From Octopus sinensis (lineage: Eukaryota), in the NCBI RefSeq assembly GCF_006345805.1, contig NC_043006.1:79918001-79982000 (forward strand): a stretch of DNA of 64,000 nt. Reading direction: 5' to 3'. Position 1 is the stretch's first letter; every line of letters starts with the position of its first letter. Positions 42,341-58,059 of this stretch are shown piece by piece. The translations under genes and the position numbers were made by a program. The notes beneath the pieces were generated by a model. The model searched no databases, was not told where the DNA came from, and saw nothing but the letters and a program-made list of their open reading frames with translations.

Positions 42341-42889
42341 TTGCAGCTGTTTCTAGATTCGGCTGTTATTTCTAGCATGTAGATAGCCTGCTTGAAAATT
42401 TACAAACAGTTTTATTTTTCAGATTCATAATTTTCGTATTTTTGTTCGTATTTGGCCAAAAAAATATTACCGGAAAAAGTGCAAAATGAAGAAATGGAGA
42501 AGGGGTGGAAATTGAAATTTTGTATTTGCGGATTTTTCAAAAAGATTCTTTAGAATCGAAATCTCCATAGCCTAAAACGTGGGCTTCCGTAAAAAAAGAA
42601 ATTTAAGGGGAAAAGGGTTCCGTTTACATATCCTCCATCTGGGCCGAATCAATCAACATAATTGTGAATGTAGACACAACTCCAGTAACGGAGATCTCCT
42701 TAACCAGGTTATCCAAAGAGATCCAGAAAAGACCCAAAGAGATCCAGAAGAATATCATGGCTATCACACGGAATCAACCTCTGCCGCTACCTCAGTGCAA
42801 AACCTATCCTCGTCACTGTCATTGACCCATAAATTTCTACCCAGACCTCTAAAAATGTCTGACCAGTCCACTACTCCAGTCTCAACATT

Positions 42890-44060
42890 CTTACCCAATG
42901 TTCAAGGCATATGCACACCCTTCCATGCAATCCATTGAGGATTGGGTTACCGACCACACTCATCACATTCCCTTCTTCTTCCTTACTGAAACCTACCTTA
43001 ACAACTCCCACTTGGAAGCTGAAGTAAAAGTAAGGAATTTCACCACAATCCGAGGTAGAAAAATGGTAGGAGTTGTCATTTTCCTACAAGACTCATTTAC
43101 TGCAGAAAGAAATGTCATATTATCCAAGGGATATTGTGAATCAGTATCACAATGATTTAGAAATAATTGGGCTCTACAGGTCAGCTCATGCACTGCTATT
43201 GTGCTTAAGGACTGCCTCACAAACATCAAGTCCGTCATTCAACAATGTCATCCTGATAATATTTTAATGATTGGCAACTTCAACTTCTCCTGTATTAACT
43301 GGTCTACTCATACCCTGAAAACTGGTGCGTACAGTTTCACTTCAGACAAAGCCGCAGTGGAATCGCTATTTCAATTTATGGATGAATTTTTCCTATCCCA
43401 ACTCGTGCTCGTACCAACGCGATTCAACAAGAACATTCTGGATTTAGTGCAAAGCAACAACAAAAACAATATCCACGATAATACATTAGAAAAACTCTTC
43501 TTTCCGACCACTATATGGTTCTCTGTCACCTCAGACTCTGGAAGCCAATTGCGTATCCGAGTAATCTCAATCACTCACACCTCTTCAATTTCATGGATCT
43601 TCACAATGCTAACTGGTCTGCAATCAACCACGAGCTCTCACTCATTGATTGGCTTTTCGCAGACAACTTTACTACAAGAAGCATTGATTCATCATGGCTG
43701 CTATTTATGGACATTTTCACAAACATATGATTACACCCCACTATGGTTCATGAACAAGACAAAATACGGACTAACGCGTCCCAGAAAATCACTCATACGA
43801 AAGATAAAGAGAACGAATCAAAAAATGAACCGGCTAAGATATTGCTAGTTGGAACACATCCACACGGCGGATATAGGCTCACTAGAATCAAGGAAACACC
43901 ATCTCCAAAACTGTTTGAGAAATGTTATTGACGATCAAAGAAAAGCAGAAGAGAAATGGACCATTGATTAAATAAATGCCAACACGAAAGTGTTCTTCTC
44001 ATTAGCTAAAAGGCATGAGGTCGCAGTCTCATCTATTGGACATCTCGTTGATGAAAACAT
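42890..44060 (+). mobile_element. CR1/Jockey-group LINE APE-endonuclease remnant (duplicate at ~53645-54820)
   Basis: FFLTETYL...(IRADR.GR..VGVVIF)...IGLYR...ILMIGNFNF..INW...FLSQLV.VPTR..NILDLV; frameshifted. Confidence 0.75.
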
Positions 44061-44069
44061 ACACACACA

Positions 44070-44118
<49 letters not shown>

Positions 44119-44252
44119 ACACATACACAGACGCACATACACACATATACACACACACACATGAACGCACGCACATTTATATATAGTTACTTCAAACATG
44201 AACAAAGAGAAAGCACAACGCGAGGACGTGGAACAAATATGGGGTTATTGGA

Positions 44253-44352
<100 letters not shown>

Positions 44353-44796
44353 CATACATACATATATACACACGCACATATATATATATGTGTGTGTGTG
44401 TGTGTGAACATGTAAGACTATTCCATTATACATGTCCTGAAAACTCACAACTTTGCTTTGTTATCTCATTCTATCTAACATATATATGTATGCTAGTACA
44501 AGACCCACCTTAGACTCCTCACTCGTATCATTATCGAACCAAGAGTTTAACTACCGTCTGCCCATAGCATTTACTTAGCGTTACCTGCTACTCTTTGGGT
44601 CTTCTAGATACGAATACCTCTCATATATGTTTACCTATAATGGAGAAATTATACAAAATGTATAAAAAGATGAGTAAAGCACCGGTACAGTTTTGTTTAT
44701 ATGTTGTTATCCGTAGATTTATTGCAGGAACTTCGTAGTGGCGGTTAGGGTAACAGTATTAATAAAATAGATGGATTGAGTAAAATATTTTATTGG

Positions 44797-44838
44797 GTAC
44801 GACACTTGTTTCGACCCGTTATGGGTCTCCTCAGGTAC
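44797..44838 (-). ncRNA. Type-I hammerhead ribozyme motif (paralog at 56578-56619)
   Basis: Minus strand gtac-CTGAGGA-gaccc(ataac)gggtc-GAAAC-aagt-GTC-gtac: perfect stems I and II, GUC triplet. The paralog has CTGAAGA and an ATC triplet. Confidence 0.8.
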
Positions 44839-45639
44839 ATCAGTAAAAAGTCTTACTAGAGATTTTCTCATTCGATTTTACGTACCGCTATACGTCCATC
44901 AACTTCGCGATTGAGTAAAATACAAGGAAACATTAAAACGCCAAAAAATTCAAATATGAACATGGAACATTCTAGTTTAGAGAAAATGACGTAATGAGTC
45001 TTCACTGTAGTAAGTGTTAAGAGAGAGAGAAAAGGATGCAAAAGTTGAAAAGAAGATAATACTTAGACGAAAATTTTTTGTGTGTGTTCGTGCTTAGACG
45101 CACATATACTTACACAGATACATACATACATACATACATCCATATATATATATATATATATATATATACGCACATATACATACGCGCTCAAACACGCACA
45201 TCGAAGGATATGGGTATATACATACCACTAGATACACGCACATACGCATACGCATGGACGAATACATACATATATATATGTATAGGATCTCATATATGTA
45301 GGTACACACGTGTATATATACATAAATATACATACATAGCAGAGATAATATGTGCATATATTCGTACGTAAAGCAAGATACAAACGTCTGTGTAAAGTTT
45401 GACACACACGTGTTAATACACTGACGTATACACATGCGTAATTATATACATGGATATGCATAGATATACACATACACACACATATACATATATGTATGGA
45501 TATACATATATAAACATACGCCCGCGTACATGTATACACAAATTCACTCTAATATATACACACACCTACAAAAAATGCAAATGCGCATAGATGAAGATGT
45601 AGACGTATATATATATATATATATGTATAATACAACACG

Positions 45640-45673
<34 letters not shown>

Positions 45674-45754
45674 CATGCATACATACACGTACACATATAT
45701 TCATATACACACATATACATGCATACATATACATATATATATGCATACATTTAC

Positions 45755-45816
<62 letters not shown>

Positions 45817-46476
45817 GTGTATGTGTGTGTGTGTGTGTGTGTGTATAAATATATATGTATGGATCTAGACTGCATGATCATATGTTAAATGCAAGTTATA
45901 CAAGTTAATTAACAAATCAATTCTTCTGATGACTTTCAAACTTCTCGTTCGTTGGCCCTCTCTTGGTGATATCTCTGGCATTATCACTCACCCTCTCAGT
46001 CTGTCTGTGTCTTTCCCTCTCTGTTTTAATAATTTTTTTTACCTCCCATTTTAACTTAAAATCTATTAATAAGTGCAGTATAATTTTCAATTCTAATAAA
46101 CTATTGTATTTTCCGACAGGATATCAATGTTTTTCGGAATGGTTTCCTAAATATAGTCAATTTCTTCCTCGTCACTCCTGTCTCACTGATAATATTACTG
46201 TTTTCTCTCCTTTTCTTTCTCTGTCTATCTCTGTCTTTTTTTCCTCAACCCAACTGCGACATCCCAATAGAAGTTGCTCGTCTATTTGTAATATCTCCGT
46301 TGTTCACACATTCTCTTTTTCTCTTTGCCTTACTCCCTTGATGATATTCTACCCCTCCTCTTTTCATTAACAATCTAACTACATCTGTTGACGGAACTCT
46401 CATGCCGACTTTGGGCATCGGTAAGAAAAATATTGTCTTGCATGCAAATTAATACATATGTTCTCCGTAAAAATAG

Positions 46477-47420
46477 CAATTGGCTGATCGGTGGGAGGAG
46501 AAACCTCTGCACGGCAAATATGTGGCCTGCAGCAAACAAGCTGATGTTGACCAGAAGCAAACCCATCAGTGGCTACGGAGCTCAGGGCTAAAAGCAGAGA
46601 GCGAAGGTTTCATCCTGGCTGCTCAAAATCAAAGCCTATTAACCCGGAACTACCAGGCCAATGTGATGAATAATGGAGCAGACCCAAAATGCCGATTCTG
46701 CAACGACATGATTGAAACAGTGGGCCACCTAATCTCTGGATGTAATGTCTTAGCACCAGTAGAGTATAAATTAAGACATGACAGAGTTGGCCAATATCTA
46801 CACTGGTTAATAAGTCGGCATTACAATATCAAATCTGCCGACAAGTGGAATAATCACCACCCTGAGGCTGTAACTGAAGGAGAAAATGTAACGATTCTGT
46901 GGGACTTTCCAGTACATACAGACCGAACCATCAAAGCCAATAAACCAGATATTGTTGTGAAAGACCAAAACAATAAAGTTTGCTTATTGATCGACATGAG
47001 CATCCCCTGTGATCATAATATCTCGGCGAAAGAGTTTGACAAGCTCAGAAAATATAAAGACCTGCTCATTGAAATTGAGAAAATGTGGCATCTCAAGGCG
47101 GTTACAATACCAGTGAACGTAGGAACACTAGGAATGATCAAGAAGGGAACCGAAAATTATATGAGACTGATCCCTAGCTTACCATCCCTGCAAGAAGTGC
47201 AAAAGATTGTCTTAACTGGTACATCACACATATTGAGAAGAGCATTGTCGATGTGAGAACTATTACTACCCATGTAATTTAATTTAACTTTAAAAAAATG
47301 AACGAACTAGTGAGTTTAGGTTAATGGCCTACCAATGTATACTATGAGTTTCTTTGCCCTAGGAGTCGGGAAGACACTCGGCAAGAAATGGAAGCAAATT
47401 TGAAAGAAGAAGAAGAAAAA
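46477..47420 (+). mobile_element. Dong/R4-clade LINE, 5'-truncated 3' fragment (CCHC + RLE) with (TAA)n tail
   Basis: W.EKPLHGKY...WLRSSGLKAESEGFILAAQ.QSL.TRNY...CRFC...HLISGC..RHDRV...KPDIVV...IDMSIP...KLRKYKDL. A different subfamily from 25204-29505. Followed by (TAA)n at 47422-47523. Confidence 0.9.
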
Positions 47421-47422
47421 AG

Positions 47423-47470
<48 letters not shown>

Positions 47471-47490
47471 TAATAATAATAATAATAATG

Positions 47491-47527
<37 letters not shown>

Positions 47528-47756
47528 TACGACTTGTAAAATGATAACTAAACGGATAAGGTACGTTATAATATGAATGATTCTAATGAAATAATGATCT
47601 GTTTTCTGTTTGGTTAGAGGTAATAGTGAAAAACAATAGTGAATTTACGGAAGCTAGTGTAAGGGAAGTAACTGAGGCGAAACTCATTAATTAATGGAAG
47701 CGAGTAAGGAATCCAATAGGACAGCGAATTTAATTTATATCGAAACCTTTATAACC

Positions 47757-48155
47757 GGCGCAGGAGTGGCTGTGTGGTAAGTAGTTTGCTTACCAACCAC
47801 ATAGTTACGGGTTTAGTCCCACTGCGTGGCACCTTGGGCAAGTGTCTTCTACTATTGCTTCGGGCCGACCCAATCCTTGTAAGTGGATTTGGTAGACGGA
47901 AACTGAAAGAAGCCCGTCGTATATATGTATATATATCTGTGTGCGTGTATATTTCTGTGTCTGTGTTTGTTCCCCTAGCATTGCTTGGCAACCGATGCTG
48001 TTGTGTTTATGTCCCCGTCACTTAGCGGTTTGGCAAAAGATACCGATAGAATAAGTACTGAGCTTACAAAGAATAAATCCAGGGGTCGAGTTTCTCGAGT
48101 AAAGGCGGTGCTCCAGCATGGCCGCAGTCAAATGACTGGAACAAGTAAAAGAGTA
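47757..48155 (+). mobile_element. SINE family A, full length, specific to copy B
   Basis: ggcgcaggagtggctgtgtggtaag (A box) ... gggtttagtccc (B-box-like) ... ccttgggcaagtg ... aagtaaaagag tail. Absent at the homologous site ~37452. Confidence 0.87.
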
Positions 48156-48800
48156 CCCATAGAGTGATACGTAATACCATAGATGGGACAGATGATATTC
48201 TGCTTTTAGCAAGCATAGGGTTAATACCATTAAGTATTATTGCAACAATTACATTATATCCACGTGATCTACCAATATTAGGCTTGACGAAATATTCTCT
48301 TTTTATGGAATGAATCCTCTGATTTGAAGTCAGTGTTTTATGTGCCGCCTACGAAGCTCTCAGCCTTTGAGTCACTTTTGTAACATTCTTGCGATTAAAA
48401 ATAAATAAGATGATATTTTCATATACTGAATTATGTTTCTCTTGTTTGTTCAATCAGAAATTAATTAATTTATTTATTCATGTATGCATGTAAAGTGTGA
48501 ACGTTAAGTCTACATACATGAGCGAAAATAATATTATTCAATAATATTATTGAACTTCATGAAAGAATGACATTTTCAACACGGTTTTCATCTGTGATTT
48601 TCACTGAGTACACCTTCTCCATCATACGTCAGAAAAAGACGTGAAACGAACTAATATCTGATGAGCGACGAAACCCGCTCTACACAGTCATTATTAGCGA
48701 TATTAATGAGTAAGTCATGTTTCCCCTGTGTATAGACTTCATGCTTGCCCTGTATCTTTGTATGTATGTATGTATGTATGTATGTATGTATGTATGTGCT

Positions 48801-48831
<31 letters not shown>

Positions 48832-50000
48832 GTATAGATGTTTACGTGTATAAGTGAATATGTATGGACGTGTATGCATTAACTTTTACGAATACACGCA
48901 CACATACATAGACACACATATATGTGTTTTTCATGCATATATGATCGTACATACGGTCACTGGTATACACACAGAAGAAGAGAGTCAAATGCAAATGCAA
49001 AATGGTCGATATTGGGAGCAATCGACTGCTAAGTGAAAGGAAATGTGAGAGAACCAATAGAGTAATATTGATTCCAAATTTCGGCAAAAAGACAGCAATT
49101 TCCGAGGAGGGGTCGTGACGTAATTTGAACTGAGAATGTAAAGACAGACGAAATGCTGCGAAGTATTTTGCCTTGTGTGCTAATGGTTCTGCCAGCTCGT
49201 TGCCTTAACGGATAGATTAATATCAATATGTAATAAGGTTTATCAAGTAAATCTTCAATGGATGGACTTTTGTGAAAATCCGTTCCATTTTCGATAACAT
49301 CTGCCTGTGATCTAAGATTTGAAAACGGTAGTAGAAGAATAAACAATAAAAGAAGAATCAATTTTAAAGCATTTTAAAACAGATTGATTGTTATGAGAAT
49401 TTGTGATTATATTTTGAAATATGATGTAAGTTTGAATTCCCAGTAATTTATTCATATGTAAACAAAAATAATGAAAGAACCCTGCTAAAATTGTGAATAT
49501 ATAGTTTGGTCTAGAAGCTTTGGTAATCTTCTTAAGAAAGTTCAATCGGGAGAAGCCGATGTGCGTTTTTGGTTTAAAAATATACAAAATAGGGTTCCAG
49601 GCAGTTTAAGAAAGGAAGAAAACTTGTGTTTACATTATTTACACTGGACGGATATGTGTCATCTTGTTTGTTGTTACCACAACGTTTCGGCTGATTTAAA
49701 CATAGGAATAATAACATTCTGACCATACCTAAATTTTGAAATCTTAATAATTTGTAACCAAATAAAAAATTTGTATACCATAGTAGCTTTTATGAATCTT
49801 GGCATCAGTATTCTTTAGGAACAAGCTGTTTTCATTTTCATTACTAGAGCTGTTATTAGCATTAGTGTTATTTCCCTTATCTATAATTATATTGTTATGT
49901 AAGTTAGGGTTGTTTGTTATTAATCTTTTCCCAATTTCCTCACGTTGCACCACATTTTTATTTTTATCATTGATATTATCATTATTATTGCTAATATTAA

Positions 50001-50088
<88 letters not shown>

Positions 50089-50092
50089 ATTA

Positions 50093-50131
<39 letters not shown>

Positions 50132-52047
50132 TGATATTTTTTCCATTTAGTCTAGCTCTTATGGTACCCATATTTGGAAGAGTGGAGTATGATATTCTTA
50201 CCGATTTATTAGAAATTATTTTATAATATTTATGGAAAGCAGGGAAGTTTTTTTTCTAGTATAGACTTAAATTTGCCGTATATGTTCGTAGAAATCATCC
50301 AGTTGAAGGGGATATTTAACCATATAACATTTTTCTTTTGAATATTTTATTTGAGTAAGGTTGGGAAGATTTATGTTATCTATGTCCTTTAGATATTCGT
50401 TATTCTCTTTCGTCATATATTTATGTTTATTTGGTTTTTTCTCTGTGGGAGAGATTTTTAAAATTATTATTTATATTTATTTTATCTAGCTTAAACTTTT
50501 TATACTTATTTATGATCTGTTTACCATTTCTAATTATTGTATCATGTTTATTTACTAGGTTACTCGTTTCAATTGATTTATATTTTTTTAAAATACATGA
50601 TTCAATATTATTTGCGCTATTTTCATTCATTTATTCATTTGAAAGATCTATGTTATCAAGATCTAGGAAGGTGATTTCCTGGTCGTATCCAGCTCCAGAT
50701 AAAGCAACATTATAATGATTTGAGTGAGAATTAAAAAATTTCATTGTTAGATGATAATGTTAGATGATAAAAAATTAATATACCATACTAGCTTTTATTT
50801 AACCTGCATAGATTACTAAGAAATTTGATTATATATATAAATCTGAATATAATGAAATCATAATTTTTTTGAATCTCTCCTATATCGGATGGAAACATAC
50901 TCTATACATCTAGGGAAATTACATGGTTCATCTTGATTATCCCCCTTCCATTACTTTCTAATATATCTTATTGACTCCTGATATATTTATCAAATTGATA
51001 AAGTTTTTCTCCACAGTTAGTGAATATTATGTATAACATATTCTTTCAATTCGACTCATTAATAAAACAAATCACCATTTAGTAGCTAATTATGATTCTA
51101 TATCAATAGAAATGAAGATATATAAATATGAAATCACTGTAAAAAATTCTATATATCTAGAGAAATTACTTCGTTCATCACGATTACCTCTCTTTCATTA
51201 CGTTTTTAATATACTTTATTGACTCCTGATATATGTGCTAAATTAATAAAGTGTTTCTTTCCACAGTTAGTAAATATTATGTATAACATTTTCTTTTAAT
51301 TCAACTCAATAAAAATCACCATTTACTAGCTAATTATGATTATATATTAATAGAAATGGATATATATAGATATATTTATATAAATATGAAATGATTTCTA
51401 TATTTTCTATCCCTATATAAGATACTAAATTTATAGAAATTTTTTAGAAAATTATCTAAAGAATATTTACTTAAATTTCTTAATATGGAATCTGGATGTT
51501 AAATGGTAAGGGACATTAAAACCTCTAGATCACTAGTAGTCTATGTTTCCCAACCCCTCTAACTTCACCCTACCAGCTTCTTGCTATAATACATTCAAAT
51601 GTATCTTTGTCTCCATCAATCCAAAAATAAAATCCCCCTCCCCACTGACAGATCTAAATAACAAAGTGAACTCAATGATAAAATCTACAGTCAGAGAGTG
51701 AATATACTGCTATCACGTTCTCAAGAATGAAATCAACCTCTCTGTCTATATATCTACCCTCTTTATATTGTTGGCAAATGAAATAGGGCTAAGAATGTGC
51801 ATGGTCCGTTTTACTGGAAAATTCTATGAGTGGCAGAAGATTGCTCGAAATTTTAAAACTGATGTAATACTTAGAGTGTCTAATAAAATGAAGTAGCAGG
51901 AAACAATTGTACTACTCTACCTCGGATATACTTGTTGCTTATTTTGATTATAATCACCCCATTTGATTTTTAAGGATAATACCATACAAAATTCTGGTGC
52001 CTTTGACTTAAGTACCATATCCATCTGAATCTAAATGTTGATGAACT

Positions 52048-52146
<99 letters not shown>

Positions 52147-52375
52147 TGTTTGTTTATTCCTTTTTCTTTGATTTATTTCACTCATTTGACTGCGATCATG
52201 GTGGAAAACGCATTTAGTCGAATAAATCGACCCCAAGACTTAGTCTTTGTAAGCCTAGCACTTATTCTATTGGTCTCTTTTGCCGATCCGTTAAGTTACG
52301 GGGACATAAACTCACCAATGTCTGTTGTCTAGCAATGATGGGGACACAAACACAGATACACAAACACACACACAA

Positions 52376-52407
<32 letters not shown>

Positions 52408-55038
52408 TCACACACAAGAGATAATGGTATCATTGTGACCCAAAGATATCAGGTAATGCTGAATAAGTGCTATAGACAGACAGACCATAGTTAAGTTCTA
52501 GATTTCGTGATATTCCGAATAAAGGGTTCAACGTTGGCTCTATGTCAGCGTGTGCATATAAGAATTTTTTTCGTAATGTGATAAAAATCCAAGGCTTTAT
52601 AGATATTAGAGCCTTTATAGATAGAAGGTCTTACAGCTGTTTCTGGGATATTAATTAATAATATCCCTTCATCGAAGACGGTGTGAGAGGAAGGTTAAGT
52701 CACAAATCTTTGACTCTGCAACACTGTATGTAAATTTCCTACTGGGAATGACCAAGTTTAAAAATCTGATGGATCTCAATCATAATGGAATCTTACATTG
52801 CTTATAAACTCTATATTTGGAAGGACTCATATTAAACCCTGTTGGACTTTTGGATTTTACTCAAAGAATATTAGAATATTGCATATATACCATTATGCCT
52901 ATAAAACGGATTTACAACATCAATACCCATACATATCTTACATCTATTTTCTTTCCTCCACCTCACTCTTTAAACTAACTATGACTTAACTTTCCTCTCA
53001 CACCGTCTCCGATGAGGTGATATTATTAATTAATATCCTAGAAACAGCTGTAAGACCTTCTCTCTATAAATGCTGGGATTCGGCTGTTATTTCTAGCATG
53101 TAAATAGCCTGCTTGAGGGGGAGGATAATTGTTTTTTTTTTTAATTGAAAATTTACAAACAGTTTTATTTTTCAGATTCATAATCTCCGTATTTTTGTTC
53201 GTATTTCGCCAAAAAAATATATCCGGAAAAAGTGCAAAATGAAGAAATGGAGAAGGGGTGGAAATTGAAATTTTGTAGTTGCGGATTTTTGAAAAGATTT
53301 CTTCAGAATCGAAATCTCCATAGCCTAAAACGTGGGATTCCGTAAAAAAAGAAATTTAAGGGGTAAAGGGTTCCGTTTAGATATCCTCCATCTGGACCGA
53401 AGCAATTAACATAACTGTGAATGTAGACACAACTCCAGTTACGGAGTTCTCCTTAACCAGGTTATCCAAAGAGATCCAGAAAAGACCCAAAGAGATCCAG
53501 AAGAATATCATGGCTATCACACGGAATCAACCTCTGCCGCTACCTCAGTGCAAAACCTATCCTCGTCACGGTCATTGACCCATAGATTTGCACCAAGACC
53601 TCTAAAAAAGTCTGACCAGGCCACTACTCCAGTCTCAACATTCTTACCCAATGTTCAAGGCATATGCACACCCTTCCATGCAATCCATTGAGGATTGGGT
53701 TACCGACCACACTCACCACATTCCCTTCTTCTTCCTTACTGAAACCTACTTTAACAACTCCAACTTGGAAGCTGATGTAAAAGTAAGGAATTTCATCACA
53801 ATACGAGCAGACCGCATAGGTAGAAAAATGGTAGGAGTTGTCATTTTCCTACAAGACTCATTTACTGCAGAAAGAAATGTCATATTATCCAAGGGATATT
53901 GTGAATCAGTATCACAATGATTTAGAAATAATTGGGCTCTACAGGCCAGCTCATACACAGCTATTGTGCTTAAGGACTGCCTCACGAACATCAAGTCCTT
54001 CATTCAACAATGTCATCCTGATAATATTTTAATGATTGGCAACTTCAATTTCCCCTATATTAACTGGTCTACTCATACCCTGAAAACTGGTGCGTACAGT
54101 TTCACTTCAGACAAAGCCGCAGTGGAATCCTTATTTCAATTCATGGATGAATTTTTCCTATCCCAAGTCGTGCTCGTACCAACGCGATTCAACAAGAACA
54201 TTCTGGATTTAGTGCAAAGCAACAACAAAAACAATATCCACGATATTACAGTGGAAAACTCTTCTTTTCGACCACTCTATGGTTCTCTGTCACCTAAGAT
54301 TCTGGCAACAATTGCGTATCCGAGTAATCTCAATCACTCACACCTCTTCAATCTCATGGATCTTCACAATGGTAACTGGTCTGAAATCAATCACGAACTC
54401 TCACTCATTGATTGGCCTTTCGCAGACACTTTTGCTACAAGAAGCATTGATTCATCATGGCTGCTATTTATGGACATTTTCACAAACATATGATTACACC
54501 CCCCTATGGTTCATGAACAAGACAAAATACGGACTAACACGTCCCAGAAAATTACTCATACGAAAGATAAAGAGAACGAATCGAAAAATAAACCAGCTAA
54601 GATATTGCTAGTTGGAACACTTCCACATGGCCGATATAGGCTCACTAGAATCAAGGAAACACCATCTCCAAAACTGTTTGAGAAATGTTATTGACGATCA
54701 AAGAAAAGGAGAAGAGAAATGGACCATTGATTAAATAAAAGCCAACCCAAAAGTGTTCTTCTCATTAGCTAAAATGCATGAGGTCGCAGTCTCATCTATT
54801 GGACATCTCATTGATGTAAACTCACGCACACACACACACACACAGATACACACACACGCAGACACACACACACACACAGGCGCACGCACATATATATGTA
54901 GTTACTCCAAACATGAACAAAGAGAAAGCAGAACTCGAGGACGTGGAACAAATATGGTGTTATTGGACGCATATATATATATATTTTTTTAAATATATAT
55001 ATATATATATATATATATTTTATTTATTATATAGAAGG

Positions 55039-55089
55039 AGCTTCTACAGGACTAGAACTGTTTCATTCAAGAGAAATCATCAGGAAGCT
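55039..55089 (-). ncRNA. Type-I hammerhead ribozyme motif (canonical CUGAUGA), same family as 9380-9430
   Basis: Minus strand agcttc-CTGATGA-tttctcttgaat-GAAAC-agttctagtcct-GTA-gaagct. Confidence 0.82.
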
Positions 55090-55409
55090 AGTTAACAAGA
55101 ATTGTTTTGGCATTTATACAGTTAGGCAGGTTTAAAGGGGTGGTGGTGGGGGACGTTTTGGGGGTAGGCATAGCGCAAAAATATCATACTTAGGGGAGTG
55201 GTCAAGGAGTCAGTGGTAAAGTAGATAAAAGAATAAATAAAAGAATAAAATAATAAATAATAAAAGAATAAAAGAATAAATAGAAGAATAGAGTTTTAGG
55301 TAAATAAGGAGACTCTCACTTATACATATACACATATGTATATATATACACACACACACACATATACATACACACATATACATACACACACATATATATA
55401 TATATATAA

Positions 55410-55471
<62 letters not shown>

Positions 55472-56154
55472 CATATACATACATACATATACATATACAC
55501 ATACACACATACACACACATATATACATACACACATGCACACACATGTCCATATACATACACACATATATACATATGTGTACCTATACATACCTACACAT
55601 ACACACATATACATACACATACAAACCAATTCCCTTATTTTAATTTTATTATTATTTTTATTGTTATTATTACTTTTGTTATCTTTGACCGCGGTCACAA
55701 GCATCTTGGCTGTCATCCCCAGGGAATGGTCAAAGTCCATTTATCTTTCTACTCGAACACAAACACTCACTCACGCACACACACTCATTCGCACGCACAC
55801 ACTCATTCGTACACTCATACACATACACACACGCACGTGTTATATTCATACATACATACATCTACATACATTCACGTATATACACATACGTACGCGTACC
55901 TACAGATTCATGTCTACACGCTTACACATACATACCTCAATACACCCACAGAAGACTAGTCCATACATATACACCAATAAATATATATACACATATACAT
56001 ATACACCTACATACACATACATACACATACTCATATATATACGTATATATACATACATATACATACACCTATACATACATACATATATACACATACACAC
56101 ACCCACACATATACATATACATATATATACACATATACATGCATATACATATAT

Positions 56155-56205
<51 letters not shown>

Positions 56206-56896
56206 TATATATGCGTACACATACACACACACACACGCGCATCCATATATACACATAAGTACACACATGCGTAAAAGTATACATATATTTATACATATGC
56301 ATACACATACACTCACACACACGCGCCTCCTTATGTTCATCTACTTACATGCATACTCAAAAAATAAATAATAAATATATATACGTGCAGTTATTCATAT
56401 ACATACATGCATACTCAAAAAATAAATAATAAATATGAAATATATATACGTGCAGTTACCTATTATACAGACGGATACATACATATGAACTTACACATAT
56501 ATACCTATTTACACCGTACTGGCGGTTAGGGTAACAGTATTAATAAAATAGATGGATTGAGTAAAATATTTTATTGGGTACGATACATGTTTCGACCCGT
56601 TATGGGTCTCTTCAGGTACATCGGCACAAAGTCTCAGTAGAGAGTTTCTGATTCGATTTTACGTACCGCTATATGTCCATCAACTTCGCGAATGAGTAAA
56701 AAACAAGGAAAAATTAAAACGCCAAAAAACTTCAAATATGAACATGGAACATTCTAGTTTAGAGAAAATGACGAAATGAGTCTTCACTGTACAGAGTGAA
56801 TATACTGCTATCATGTTCTTAAGAATGAAATTAACCCCTTTACACAGACACATACATACATACATACATACATACACGCATACATACATACATACA

Positions 56897-56951
<55 letters not shown>

Positions 56952-57182
56952 TCATCCATCACCCTCTTGTACTGTCTTATATTCCTCCCCACCACTACAA
57001 ACTCAATACCACTATAAAATGGTCAGAACTCCTCGCACAAGAACTTAGTTTGATTTGAAAACCCAACTAGAATGGGAGAAAGCGCTAATACATGATCTAA
57101 GTTATATGATATATAAAAAATGTAATATAGAAACAAATATCTGTTAATACAAACCATCCGATTTTCTGAGTACCTCATTTCT

Positions 57183-57224
<42 letters not shown>

Positions 57225-57489
57225 GCACATATACATACGCTCTCGTACACGCACATCTTAGTATATGGGTATAAACATACAACTAGATACACGCACATAC
57301 GCATACGCATGGACGAATACATACATATATATATGTATAGGATCTCATATATGCAGGTACACACGTGTGTATATATATATATATATACATACATATATAT
57401 ATGTGTGTGTGTGTGTGTGTATAAATATACATGTATGGATCTAGATTGCAAGGTCATATGTTAAATGCAAGTTATACATACATATATAT

Positions 57490-57536
<47 letters not shown>

Positions 57537-58059
57537 ACAACAATATTACAACAACAAAACAACGAAAACTACGGCCACTCCTCGATACAATTAAGGAAAT
57601 ATGAAACTCCACAATCAAGAGCCCATCTCTGTGTAGCTATCTCATTCTCTCGAAAGATTACAAGTGACTCTTCATCCCCATCATCATTATTGTCATTATG
57701 TTCTACTGCTCTTACTCTTACCACAACTAAACAATTGCAACGACAACATGATCGGCATTGGCAGTCACTCTTCAATAGTAGAACAATTGATGGCCTATTA
57801 TACAACACAGTCTCTAGATTTTCCACGATGACGACGACGACGACCACCCCCACCACCTCAACCACAACCACCACCACCATCACCACCACCACCACCACCA
57901 CCACCACCACCATTAAATGCTAAATGACGCTTAATAACTACTACATATGTAACCCGGAATCTATTGCTTTCTCAACATCAAAGATTATTTCTGATATATG
58001 ACTGTCCCTTCACCAATCATTTAGGGACTCGATGCACTAGTAAAAGCATGACTTCAAAC

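Larger units (their letters stand above)
47525..57478 (+). repeat. Tandem segmental duplication, copy B
   Basis: Colinear with 37210-45901, plus copy-specific inserts (SINE 47757-48155, hammerhead element ~55030-55320). Confidence 0.93.

Noticed and set aside
57826-57912. Poly-Thr/poly-Val ORFs suggesting a mucin-like exon
   Set aside because: (GAC)n/(CAC)n trinucleotide repeat; no supporting splice or gene context.
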